A stretch of 64,000 bases of DNA from NCBI RefSeq assembly GCF_009914755.1, contig NC_060947.1. The stretch is one strand, 5' to 3'. The notes below the pieces were generated by a model, which saw only the letters and a program-made list of their open reading frames with translations, was not told the origin of the DNA and did not search any database. The DNA comes from the human T2T-CHM13v2.0 reference genome, Homo sapiens. A program made the translations under genes and the position numbers. This document shows, piece after piece, positions 13,951 through 30,410 of the stretch (positions within the stretch are counted from its first letter, which is position 1; every line of letters starts with the position of its first letter).

Positions 13951-14254
13951 TTCTTTTATTTTATTTATTTATTTTTTCTTGAGATGGAGTCTCGCTCTGT
14001 CGCCCAGGCTGGAGTGCAGTGGTGCAATCTCGGCTCACTGAACCTCTGCCTCCTGGGTTCAAACAATTCTCTCGCCTCAGCCTCCCGAGTAGCTACAGGT
14101 ACACGCCACCAGGCCTGGCTAATTTTTGTAGCTTTAGTAGAGACAGGGTTTCACCATGTTGGCCAGGCTGGTCTCAAACTCCTGATCTCAAGTGATCCGC
14201 TGCCTTGGCCTCCCAAAGTGCTGGGATTACAGGTATGAGCCACTGAGCCTGGCC
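13951..14254 (-). mobile_element. AluS
   Basis: Full dimeric Alu reverse complement with T-rich tail; flanks agat(c/g)ttc. Confidence 0.95.
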
Positions 14255-15879
14255 AGATGTTCATTATTTTTTAATCACATATGTGGCTGACAAATGGATT
14301 CCACTAACAATAGGAAAATTAGAATTGTCTTTGTTTCATTCATGTTTGCATTATTAGTATTATCTTCAGCTTGCAGTTTTATTTTTTTCTTAATACATTA
14401 ATTGCATTACAATAAAAACAAACAAATAAAAGTGTGTATATTGCCAAATTTCTGCACTGTACAAAGGATGAAGCACACTCCAAACAATGGGAGCATCTGC
14501 AAAGGTCATAGGTAGAGAAAGCACAAAACATATTCTATTAAAGAAGCAGAAGTCAATAAGTAGAGAGTAGAGAGAAAATATTTTCAGGCAAGGTGTTAGG
14601 AGCAAGTTTTTTCTCCTAATTAGAGCATATTTATCCTCAAGGGTCTCATATTAGTGTTTGTCAAAAGCATAGAAAAAGTAGATGTTATAATCTATGGTCT
14701 TACAAATCATCTCCTTAATAATTCCATGTATGTCCCATTCCTTTTGCAAAATTTGGGAAACATGACGCATAAATCCTATCTAGCAATTTATAAGAGAACA
14801 CTACATTTCTCCTGATTTCTCTGTCACTTGATATGGAAATTAAGATATTAAAGTGACCATAATAATGCCTCATCTAGAGAATAAAACAGGGGGAAATAAT
14901 TAGGTAAGTTTTCCTGCAGTGATCACTACAACATAAGGGGCCCAGAATAATTCACCATAAATTTGAGCATCCTGCTTTCAGAACTTTCCTCAACAATGAC
15001 ATCTGCAAAGAAGGATTTTAGTATGAGTAATCTCTTGGCAGTAGTTAATATAGATTGAAGTAGCAAAAATAGAAAGCATGAAATTTGAGTAGAATATAGA
15101 TATAATCATCCAAGAATAAGATAATGAAGCTTGTAATAGGCTAGAGGCAATAAGGCTGCTAGGAAGAAAAGCAAAAAAATCACAGGTTCTGATTCCTGAC
15201 AAGATGGTAAACTACCATCGGTTGCTGGCTTCCTACCATGAACCAAAAACAGAAACTCCAGGAGACTGACAAAAGGATTTGATGAATCTATTAAATTAAT
15301 ACAACCTATGAGAATTTTGCAAAATTATAGAAGTTGACTGTGTCCTAGATTGAGGGGAGAAGAGAAAGAGTTCATAATAGTTGAGACTGGAATCATGGAT
15401 CAAAGATAAGTTAGATGAGAAGGTTTAATATTTGGCTCTATTTTTTAACATGTCCTTTTTTTCTCCTCCCATATTTACCTAGGCACACAATTAGCTTACC
15501 TGTCAGCATTTACAAGGAAGAAAAACAGCTCACAGGGAGGAAATATTTCAAATGTAGCGTACTGAAAAGCTTGACAAATTCCCTCCACAGAAAGCAACAA
15601 TGAAATTCAACAAAAGGATAAGAAACAATTTCAGAAGTCTGTAAATCAACAAAAGCATAAAACAAATGTAGAGGTGTTTATCCGTGGAAAAACGACCAAA
15701 TTTTGGTTAAGAACAGGGGGAATATGTGGCATTCTTGCTTGGGGCTCTTCCTATTAAGCTCTAACAGCTCAGCTTGTTCAGTAGTTATACCAGGACCTTA
15801 CTCCGAGATCAAAGTTGCTAGGTTTCATGACTTACCCTGAATTCTCATTAGAAACAATGAATGACAGAGGCAATGAAAT

Positions 15880-18600
<2,721 letters not shown>

Positions 18601-20757
18601 AGAGAAAGAAAATGTGCCAGGATAATATGACAAACCATACACATAGGTTAAATCCAGGTGTATTAAAATATTAACTGTAAAAAAGTATAAAAAGAGGCAG
18701 TAAAATTTTTAAAATGTTTTGGACGCTAAATTTGGAATGACTTTACAAGATACAAAATGCACATACTATAAAATAAAATATTAATGTATTTGACTACATG
18801 AAACAAGAATTTCATTTCATGAAAGACTCCCTGGGTGAAGTTATTAGATGGAAAATAGGAAAATAATTTTATAATGTTAAAGCCCACAATGTATTTATTG
18901 TATTGCATTGTAATCATTTAATTTAAAAAAATTGATTTTTTACAAATTAAATGATTACAATTCTTATTTTTAATTCTCCTGAGTGCATATATGTATGGAG
19001 TACCTGAGATATTTATGTACAGGCATGCAATATGTAATGATCATATCATGGAAAATTAGGTATCCATCACCTCACAATTTATCCTTCTTGCTACAGACAA
19101 TCCAATTATGCTCTTTTAGCTATTTAAAAATATACAGTTAAATTATTATTCAGTATAGCCTCCCTCGTGCTATCAAGATTAGGTCTTATTCGGTCTTTCT
19201 TTTTTTTTTGTACACATATTAGGTCTTATTATTAATTAGGTCTTATTCGGTATTATTCGGTCTTTCTTTTTTTTTATTAGGTCTTATTAGATCTTATTCG
19301 GTCTTTTTTTTTTTTTTTTTTGTACACATTAACAATCTCAACCTTCCCCTCAACCCTCCACCTTCCCAGTCCCTGATAACAATCCTTCTAATCTCTATGT
19401 CCATGAGTTTAATTGTTTTGATGTTTAGATCCCAAAAATAAGTGAAAACATGTGATGTTTGTCTTTCTGTATCCGATTTATTTCACTTAACATAATGACC
19501 TTCAGTTCCATCCATGTCGTTGCAAATGACAGAATCTCATTTTTTTTTTTTTTGTTATGGCTTAATGGTACTTCATTGTGTATATATACCACATTTTCTT
19601 TATTCATCTGTTGACAGACATTTTGTTTGCTTCCAAATCCTGGCTATTGTGAACAGTGCTGCAAAAAACATGGGAGTGCAGATATTTCTTCATTATACTG
19701 TCTTCCTGTCCTTCAGGTATATAACCAACAGTGGGATTGCTGGATCATATGGTAGCTCAATTTTCAGATTTTGAGGAACCTTCAAACTGTTCTCCATAGT
19801 GGTTGTATGAATTTACATTCCCATCAAGAGTGTACGACGGTCCTCTTTTCTCCACATTCTTGCCTACATTTGCTACTGCCTGTTTTTGGATGTAAGTCAT
19901 TTGTACTAGGGTGAGATGATATCTCATTGTAGTTTTGTTTTACATTTCTCTAATGATTAATGATGATCACCTTTTCATATACCTGTTTGCTATTTGTATA
20001 CCTTCTTTTGAGAAATAGCTATTCAAATATTTTGACCATTTTTTGATCAAATTATTACATTTTTTCCCTACAGAGTTGTTTGAGCTCTTTACATATTCTG
20101 ATTGTTTATCCCTTGTCAGATGGGTTGTTTGCAAATATTTTCTCCCACAATATGATATTTGTCTCTTGACTTTGTTGATAGTTTCCATTGCTGTGCAGAA
20201 GCTTTTAACTTGATGTGATCCTGTTTGTCCATTTTTGTATGGTTGCCTGTGCTTGTGGGGTATTGCTCAAGAAATTTTTTCCCAGAAGAATGCCCTAGAG
20301 AGTTTCTCCAATGTTTTCATGTAGCAGTTTCATAGACTAAAGTTTTAATTTTAAGTATTTAATCCATTTGAATTTGATTTTTGTATAAGGTGAGAGTTAT
20401 GGACCAAGTTTCATTCTTTGGCAGAAGGATATCCAGTTTAACCAGCACCATTTATTGAAGAGGCTCTCTTTTACCCAGTCTATGTTCTTGGTAGCTTTTT
20501 TGAAAATGAGTTCGCTGTAGCTCTGTGAATGTATTTCTGGGTTCTCTATTCTGTTCCGTCGGTCTATGTGTCTGTTCTTTTGCCAGTACCATGCTGCTTT
20601 GGTTATTTTAACTCTATAATGTAATTTGAAGTCAAGTAGTGTGATTCTTTCAGCTCTGCTCTTTTTGCTCAGGATAGCTTGGGATATTCTGGGTCTTTTG
20701 TGATTCCGTATATATTTTAGGATTGTTTTTTCTATTTCAGTGAAGAGTGACACTGGA

Positions 20758-21059
<302 letters not shown>

Positions 21060-21882
21060 TTAGATAGGGATTGTATCAAATCTCTAGATTGCTTTTGGTA
21101 GTATGGCCATTTTAGCAATATTAACTCTTTCAATTTGTGAACACACAATATCTTTCCATTTTTTGTGCGTTCTCCTTAATTTTTTTGTCAGTGCTTTATC
21201 ATTTTCATTGTAGAGAATTTTGTGTCTTTTGGTTTAATTTCTTTGCAACTCAGTTTAGTTTTGTCTATTGTAAATTGATTTACATTTTAAATTTCTTTTT
21301 CAGATCATTCACTTTTGGCATATAGAAATGTTACTCATTATTGTATGTAGATTTGATATCCTGTACCTTTACTGAATTTATTAGCTCTTGGAGTTTTTTT
21401 ATGTGGAGTCTTTGGGTTTTTCCAAATACAAGATCGTATCATCTGCAAACAAGGGTATTTTGACTTCTTCCTTTCCAATTTAGATGCCTTCTATTTCTTT
21501 CTCTGGTCTGATTGCTCCAGGTAGGACTTACAGAACTATGTTAAATAACAGTGGTGAAAGAGGACATCCTTGTCGTGTTCCAAATCTAAGAGGAAATGCT
21601 GTTAGTTTTCCCCCATTCAGTGCAATATTAACTGTGTCTATCATATATGGCTTTTATTGCATTGAGGTATGTTCCCACTACAGCCTGTTTTTTAGGGTTT
21701 TTACCATGAAGGGATGTTGAAATTTATCAAATGGCTTTTTAGCATCAATTGAAATAATCATATGGCTTTTTACCTTCATTCTGTTGGTATGATGTATCAA
21801 ATTGATTTGTTTATGTCCAACTATCCTTGCATCCCAGGGATAAATTCCACTTCGTCATGATAAATGGTCTTTTTAATGCATT

Positions 21883-22582
21883 ATATATATATATATATAT
21901 ATATATATTTTATTATACTTTTTAAGTTATAGGGTACATGTGCACAACGTGCAGGTTTGTTGCATATGTATACATGTGCCCTGCTGGTGTGCTGCACCCA
22001 TTAACTCGTCATTTACATTGGGTATATCTCCTAATGCTATCCCTCCCCTCTCCCCCCACCCCACAACAGGCCCCAGAGTGTGATGTTCCCCTTCCCGTGT
22101 CCAAGTGTTCTCATTGTTCAATTCCCACCTATGAGTGAGAACATGCGGTGTTTGGTTTTCTGTCCTTGCAATAGTTTGCTGAGAATGATGGTTTCCAGCT
22201 TCATCCATGTCCCTACAAAGGACATGAACTCATCATTTTTTATGGCTGCATGGTATTCCATGGTGTATATGTGTCACATTTTCTTAATCCAGTCTATCAT
22301 TGATGGACATTTGGGTTGGTTCCAAGTCTTTGCTATTGTGAATAGTGCTGCAATAAGCATACGTGTGCATGTGTCTTTACAGCAGCATGATTTATAATCC
22401 TTTGGGTATATACCCAGTAATGGGATGGCTGGGTAAAATGGTATTTCTAGTTCTAGATCCCTGAGGAATCACCACACTGTCTTCCACAATGGTTGAACTA
22501 GTTTACAGTCCCACCAACAGTGTAAAAATGTTCCTGTTTCTCCACATCTTTTCCAGCACCTGTTGTTTCCTGACTTTTTAAG
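21883..22582 (-). mobile_element. 5'-truncated L1PA (L1PA4-7-like) with (TA)n in its tail
   Basis: L1PA 3'UTR reverse complement; 18-bp TSD tggtctttt(t/g)aatgcatt at 21865-21882 and 22583-22600. Confidence 0.92.
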
Positions 22583-23033
22583 TGGTCTTTTGAATGCATT
22601 TTTGAATTTGATTTTACAGTATTTTGTTGAGAACTTTTTCAGTAAAATTTATCAGTAATATTGGCCTACAGGTTTTTTCTTTTCCTTTTTTTTTTTATTT
22701 TTTTTTTTTTGATGTGTCTCTGTCAGGTTTTAGTTCAGGGTAATGCTGGCCTCATAGAGTGAGTTTGGAAGCACTCCCTCCTCTTTAATTTTTTGGACCG
22801 TTTGAGTGGGCTTGGTATTAGTTCTTCCTTAAATGTTTTTTAGAATTCTACAGTAAGGCCTTCAGGTTGCAGGCTTTCCTTTACAGGAAGAGTTTTTATT
22901 ATGGCTTTGATCTTGTTACTTGTTATTGGTTAGTTCAGATTTAAGATTTCTACGTGTTTCAATTTGGTAGGTTGTGTCTGTCTGGTTATTTATCTGTTTC
23001 TTTGAGATTTTCCAATTTATTGCCATATAGTTG

Positions 23034-24040
23034 TGCAGGGACCAGCCCCACAGGGTCGGTGCGTCTCTCCCCGTGTGCGGCATCGAGAGAGTGTAGAAAT
23101 AAAGACACAAGATAAAGAGATAAAAGAAAAGGCAGCTGGGCCCGGGGGACCACTACCACCAATGCGCGGAGACCGGTAGTAGCCACGAATGTCTGGCTGC
23201 GCTGTTATTTATTGGACACAAAGCAAAAGGGGCAGGGTAAAGAGTGTGAGTCATCTCCAATGATAGGTAAGGTCACGTGGGTAATGTGTCCACTGGACAG
23301 GGGGCCCTTCCCTGCCTGGCAGCTGAGGCAGAAGGGGAGAGGAGACAGAGAGAAAGACAGCTTATGCCATTATTTCTGCATATCAGAGACTATTAGTACT
23401 TTCACTAATTTACTACTGCTATCTAGAAGGCAGAGCCAGGTGTACAGGATGGAGCATGAAGGCAGACTAGGAGTGTAACCACTGAAGCACAGCATCACAG
23501 GGAGACGGTTACGCCTCCGGATAACTGCGGGCAAGCCTGACTGATGTCAGGCCCTCCACAAGAGGTGGAGGAGCAGAGTCTTCTCTAAACTCCCCTGGGG
23601 AAAAGGAGACTCCCTTTCCAGGTCTGCTAAGTAGCGGGTGTTGTTCCTTGACACTTTTCTCCACCGCTAGACCACAGTCCGCCTGGCAATGGGCGTCTTC
23701 CCAGACGCTGGCGTCACTGCTAGAGCAAGGAGTCCTCTCGTGGCCCTGTCTGGGCATAAGAGAAGGCTTGCGCTCTTGTCTTCTGGTCACTTCTCACTAT
23801 GTCCCCTCAGCTCCTATCTCTGTATGGCCTGGTTTTTCCTAGGTTATGATTATAGAGCGGGCATTATTATAATATTGGGATAAAGAGTAATTACTACCAA
23901 CTAATGATTAATGATATTCATATATAATCATATCTAAGATCTATATCTGGTATAACTATTCTTGTTTTATATTTTATTATACTGGAACAGCTTGTGTCCT
24001 CTGTCTCTTGCCTCGGCGCCTGGGTGGCTTGCCGCCCACA
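23034..24040 (-). mobile_element. Solo LTR13-family (HERV-K-related) LTR
   Basis: Minus strand starts tgtgggcggcaagccacccaggcgccgaggcaagagac and ends ...ccctgca; 6-bp TSD tagttg at 23028-23033 and 24041-24046. Confidence 0.9.
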
Positions 24041-27000
24041 TAGTTGCTCATAGTAGCCACTAATGATCCTCTAAATTTCTGTGCTATCAGTTATTATGTT
24101 TCCTTTCTCATACCTGATTTTATTTATTTGGGTCTTTTTTTTTTCTTAGCCTGGCTAAAGGTCTGTCAATTTTTTTATTATTTCAAGAAACAACTTTTTA
24201 ATTGATCTTTTGTACCATTTTCTTCATTTCAATTTTATTTATTTATGCTCTTATATTTATTATTTATTTTCTTCTTCCAATTTTGGCTTTGGTTTGCTCT
24301 TGCTTTCCTAGTTTTTTTTTTTTTCAAATTCATAGATAAGTGATTTATCTAAAGTTTTTTCATTTTTTAAAAATGTAGGCACTTTAATAGCTATACATTT
24401 TCCTCTTAGTCCTGCTTTTGCTGTTTTATAGGTTTTAGTATAGTGTGTTTCCATTATAACTTCTTTCAAACAATTTGCAAATTTCTTCTTGATTTTTTCA
24501 TTGGCTCACTGGTCATTAAGAAACAGATTGTTTAATTTCCATGTGCTTCTATAGTTTCTAAAATTCCTCTTGGTTTTGATTTCTAGTTTTACATCATTGT
24601 GGTCAGAGTAGTTGCTTGATAATATTTCAATTTTTTGAATGTTTGTGACCTAACATATGGTCTCTCCTTGAGAATGACCCATGTGCTTAGGAGGAAAATG
24701 TGTATTCTACAGCTATTGGATGAAATAATCAGTAAATTTCTATTTGGTCCATTTGTTCTACAGTGCAGATTAAGTCAAAAGTTACTTTGTGTATTTTCTG
24801 TTGGAGAGATCTCTCCATTGCTGAAAATAGAATGTTGAAGTGTCCCACTATCATTGTACTGGGGTCTATCTTGCTCTTTAGCTCTAATAATATTTGCTTT
24901 ACATATCTGGTTGCCCTAGTGTTGGGTGCATATATAGTCACAATCATTAATCCCCTTGCTGAATTGACCCCTTTAGCAGTATATAATGACCTTCTTTGTC
25001 TGTTCTTTTTCAAGATCTGGTAGGTATGCTTTACTGTTTTTTATTCTTATTTCTTTTGTCTTTTCTGACTTTGTATTTTCAAATAGCCTGTCTTCAAGCT
25101 GACTAATTCTTTTCTCTGCTTGATCAATTTGGCTATTAAGAGACTCTGATACAGTCTCCGGCCTACTAATTGTATTTTCCAACTCTAATTTTTGCTTAAT
25201 TCTTTTTAATTACTTCAATCTCTTTGTTAAATTTACATGACAGAAGTCTGAATTTCTTTTCCTTGTTATCTCAAATTTCATTGAGTTTCCTCAAAACAGC
25301 TATTTTGAATACTCTGTCTGAAATGTCACATATCTCTGTTTCTCTAGTTTTGTTCCCTGGTTTCTTATTTAGTTCATTTGGTGAGTTCATGTTTTCCTGG
25401 ATGGTGTTGAACTTGTTAATGTTATTTGGCATCTGGCATTGAAGAGTTAGGTAGTTATTGTAGTCTTCAAAGACTGGTCTTGTTTGTGCTTGTCCTTCTT
25501 GGGAAGGTTTTCCAGGTATTCAAAGGGACTTGGGTCCCAATCACAATAACAATGTGGTGTTTGTAGACTTGTGGAGGTACTGCCCACATAGTCTTTGATA
25601 AGATTCATTAAAGTTCTCTTATCAGGCAAAGATTCTTGTTCTTTTCTCTTACTTTCTCCCAAACAGAGTCAGTCTCTCTTTCTCTCTGTTTATCCACCTG
25701 GAACTGCGGTTAAGATGATGTAAGCACAACCGTGGCCACTATCACTAGGACTGCACTGGGTTCGACCTAAAACCAGCACAGCACTGGGCCTTTCTCCGTG
25801 TCCTTCCCTTCAGGGCTGTGAGTTCCTCCAGGACCCAAGCATGTCCAGAAATGCTGTCTAGGAACCAGAGATTGGAATTAAAAACCTTAGCAATTTCTTT
25901 GATGCTCTATTCCTCTTCAGCTGAGCTTGCACTCAAACCACAACACAAAGTTCTTCTGTTCTTTTCTCTCCTTTCCACAGGCAGAGGAGCCTCTCTCTGT
26001 GGTCATTATGAGCACCAGTCCATGGGGAGTTGTGCTTGGCACCCTGTAATGTTCACTTAAAGGCCAAGGTCTCTTCCATCAGCGTATGGTAAATGGTGCC
26101 AAGCCTGGGACTCATCCTTCAAGGACGTAGGTTTCCCTCTGGCCCATAGAAAGTCCAGAAATGCTGTCTAAGAGCTTAGGCCTTGACTCAAGGACCCCAA
26201 GTGCCTGCAAGTTTTTCTATCCCACTATGGCCAAACTGGTACCTAGGGTGCAAGGTAAAGTGCCCTTTACTTTTCCCTCTGCTTTTCTCAAACAGGAGGC
26301 TTTCACCATAGCCAGCACAACTGAGAATGTGCTTGGTTTCCCTTGTAGCCAGCACGTCTCATAGCCCAAGGCCCCTGGTGTACTTCCTGGGTATTCAGGG
26401 CCCAGGGGGTCCTTAGTCAGCAGGTGAAGAATCCTGCCAGAACTGGGTTCTTACCTTAAGGAAGCAAGTTCCATTTTGCCCCAGGGTGTATCTAGAAATG
26501 CCATCTGGGAGCTAGGCCCTGGAAAATTAGGTCTCACAACTATGCCCTGTTTCTTATTCTACTGTGGCTCATCTGGTATCCAAGATGCAAGACAAAGCCC
26601 TCTTTACTCTTTGCTTTTCTCTCCTTAAGGAGAACAAGGCACTTTCATTGTTATGAGCTACATTGTCAGGGGTTGGGGGAGGACTGGTGCAAGCCATTTC
26701 TTAGCAGTGCCAGCTGGTGTTGCCCTAGGTCATGTGCCACCCTAGTTCACTGCCTCTAAGCCCAGCTTAGAACTACAAGTTGCCTATAAATGCAGATTTT
26801 GTGTCCTAGACTGCATTTCCAGTTTACCTAGGACTGAGAGAACTGCATCCTGCCATGGCGAGGCTTGCTGAAAAACTCAAGTTCCAACCACTGTGATGAG
26901 CAATTTCCCTCTGGCTAGGACTGGACCAAATACTGTCTCCATGCATGGGTGCTGGTTGGGCCCAACATGATTTTATTCTCCATTGTGACAGGGCAGCACT

Positions 27001-27314
27001 GAGTTCAACGTGAAATCCTTCAGTCACTGTGCTCTCCCTCCCCTACATATGTAGATTATCTCTCTATGCTTCATTGCCACTGCTGGGGTGCAAGAGAGGG
27101 GTGGATTCAGTGATCTGAGACTGTCTCTCCTGCTCTCCTCAATGCTTCTATTAGTGATATGAAATTAATACCAGGTACTATAATTGCTCACCGGAATTTT
27201 GGTTCTTATTTAGTTGTTGTTTTTTTCTGTGCAGATAGTTGTTAAAATTTGGTGTTCCGTCAAGGGACATGAACTATGTAGGCTTTTATTGCACCATCCT
27301 GCTCCACCCCTATT

Positions 27315-28060
27315 ATATTTTATTTTAATCTATTCAGGAGGGATATGTGCATGTTTGTTACACGGATATATTGTGTAATGGTGAGGTTTGGGCTTCTAGT
27401 GTACCCACTATCTGAAGAGTAAACATCATACCCAAAAGGTAATTTTCCAACCCTCACTTCATTTAAAGAGTTTGCATTGTCTATTATTTCTATCTTTATG
27501 TCCATGTGAACCCATTGTTTAGCTCTCACTTATAAGTGAGAATCCCACAAGTGGTATTTGATTTTGTACTTCTAAGTTATTTCACTTTGGATAATGGCCT
27601 ACAGCTCCATCCATGCTGCTGTAAAAGACATGTCATTATTTTTTTATGGCTGCATAGCACTCTATGGTATATAGATACCACATTTTCTTTATCCAGTCAT
27701 CCACCGATGGACACATAAGTTGATTTCATGACTCTGCTACTGTAAATAGTTTTACAATAAACATACAAGTGCAGGTCTTTTTGATAAAATTATTTATTTT
27801 CTTGTGGGTAAATACCCAGTAGTGGGATTGCAGGTTTGAATGGTATTTCTATTTCTCATTCTCTGAGAAATCTCCATACTATTTTCCATTGAGGTTGTAC
27901 TAATTTACATTTCCACCAGCAGTGTATAGGCATTCCCTCTTCCCTGCATTCTCACCAAGATCTGTTAATTTATGACATTTTAATAATAGCCATCTGACTG
28001 ATGTGAGATGGTGTCTTCTTGTGGTCTTAATTTGCATCTCTCCGATGATCAGTGATGTTG
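27315..28060 (-). mobile_element. 5'-truncated L1PB-like 3' end
   Basis: atattgtgtaatggtgaggtttgggcttctagtgtaccc...tttagctctcacttataagtgagaat. Confidence 0.8.
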
Positions 28061-28064
28061 ATTA

Positions 28065-28850
28065 ATATCTACAATATAAAGCAATGTGCTAAGGATATAA
28101 ATAGACAAATCATAGAAAAAAAAACAAAATGGTTAACAAACATAAAACCTGATGTCAACTCTGTCATCAGAAAATTTTACATTAAAACAGCAATGCACAT
28201 TGCTTTAGAGTACACCAATAAGAATATACACATGAGAAGGTATGAGGAAACTAAATGTTAGCAAAGATTAAAAAAACACCTGAAATCTAATACCTGACGC
28301 ATGAGATACAGACTGGTACAGACATTCTGTTGAATAAATCAGAATCAGTAAACAAAATTATACACAAAGTCTATGCCCAATCTTACTCCTGGACTAATAC
28401 CCAAAAGTAATATGTGTACAAATTCACAAAAGGTCACATACAAAGATATACATCACAGCATACCTTGTGGAAACAGCGTTAGTTGTAACTCTGAGGTCCA
28501 TTATTTGGAAAAATAAGTAAAATATAGTAGTCATATACTATTGAATACTATGCTTCAATCTGAAGTAATGAACTTAAGGTCAAATAGCAACCTAATTAGA
28601 TCTTTAAAATATGCTATTGGTTGAAGAAAATTAATCAATGATACCTATCAAAAATAACATTTACATGTGTTTCAATGTAAAGCATACCAATATAAACTGT
28701 TTACAGATACAAATGACATAAAATGATTTCCTATGGGGAGAAAGAGAAAAATGGAAATGGAGTCGATGATCAGATGAAAGAAAAAAGAAGATAAAAGTGA
28801 AATAAAACCAAAGAGGAATCCAGCAATGATAATATGCTATGGGCTGAAAT
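28065..28850 (+). mobile_element. L1ME-type fragment
   Basis: Degenerate ORF2 C-terminal and 3'UTR motifs. Confidence 0.5.
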
Positions 28851-30039
28851 GTACAATTGACTTGTCCCTGTGCATTTGATGTCCAAAATCCCGAAGCAAA
28901 AACAAACATATAAACAGATGAAGGGGAAGATATGAGAAATGTGGAATTTTATAAAGAAGCAAGTGACAGAATTTGACTCTTCTATGTGCCTAAAAATTCA
29001 GGTTGCCAAGGATGACACCCAAGATTTAAGCCCAGGTTGCATAAGAGATGATTGACTCGTGGATTGAAAAGTAATTGGAGTCTGTTACAATGCTTGCATT
29101 GGATAACAGAAATTCACTGAAGGTGGTTTCCTGTACTATAATTGAGGAAAATATTCATTTTTCATTACACTCAGCACTGAAAATGGCATGAATGTACCCA
29201 ATGAAATTTTCTCAAAGCAAGAAACTATTAATTTTTACCTCTTAAGTTCCTAGCATGGTGCCTAGCACACATGAGGCACTCAAGAACTGTTCATTGAACT
29301 GAACATAAGTTTCAAAGTCATTTGTTGCGCTTATTTTCTCTGTTAATATGACATTAAAATAGCTGAAAAAAACATGTTTATAGAACAATGCCAACAGTTT
29401 GCCTATATCCACACAACAGTAAGGTATCTGGTTGTAAAGACAGGAAATGCAATAAAAACTACCACATAGGCTGAATTTTTGTTGTTTGTTGTTCAGTGTG
29501 ATTTGTATAAACTAAATGATAGCTGTGAACAGAAACCAGATTTTCTGAATATTGTTTCCCACTTAGAATGTGCCAGATCAGTGTATACTTGAATATTGAT
29601 TCCAATATTACAAAGTCAGAAAATTCATTTTCAAAATATTTGCCTATTTGCTTTCCTGAAATATGGGAGTTATTGATAGTAAATGAGAAAAAGTGACCAA
29701 AGATAGCAATGAATTCTTGTTGAACTAGTGGAGGAACTTTTACTCAGTTCAGTGCTTTGTAATTTATGGGCACCAGGTTTCAAGTGCCCTGAACTAAAAA
29801 TAAGCCACCATAAAAGGGATGCAGGTTTTCTATTCTACTTGTATTACTGCTGTATTAAACCTATGACCTACAGGAAACACCACCATCATTACTGTCTGTT
29901 AATGATCATAGAACTCTGATTATGCAACACAACAGAATTTAAAATTTTTGACAACTAATGCTATTAAAGTGATATCAGTCATTTGTTTAAAGCTTTATTG
30001 TTTTGTGATAAGCATTTATATCTAATAATCTTACGACAA

Positions 30040-30200
30040 CCTTATTACAAAAAAAGTCATTATTATGCCCACTAGCCAATTGCGTAAACTAAGTGACAGG
30101 AAAGTGAAATGGCTATCTCAAAGTCACGCAACTAATTAGTGACAGCGCTTGGGCTGGAACTCAGATCTTCTGGTACAATTCTCTACCTATAAAACTTTCT
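30040..30200 (-). mobile_element. MIR
   Basis: taaactaagtgacaggaaagtgaaatggctatctcaaagtcacgcaactaattagtgacagcgcttgggctggaactcagatctt core. Confidence 0.7.
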
Positions 30201-30289
30201 ATAACCATGTTTTCTCCCTAAATATTGAGTATGAAAGGAAATAAAAACAGAATTGCTACCATATGTTTGCATCAGTTTCTGACTTTTTT

Positions 30290-30410
30290 AGGCCTTATTA
30301 CTATTTTACAAGTGGAGAAACTGAAGTACAGAAAAAATTAAGGAATTTTCCAATGCACTCAGTTAATAAGGTCAAAAATTTAGATTAAAATACAGTCAGT
30401 CTGGTTTCAT
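30290..30410 (-). mobile_element. MIR
   Basis: attttacaagtggagaaactgaagtacagaaa core. Confidence 0.65.

Noticed and set aside
13984-14238. Alu-derived ORFs (also at 16679, 48578, 54164, 59855)
   Set aside because: Typical antisense Alu translations
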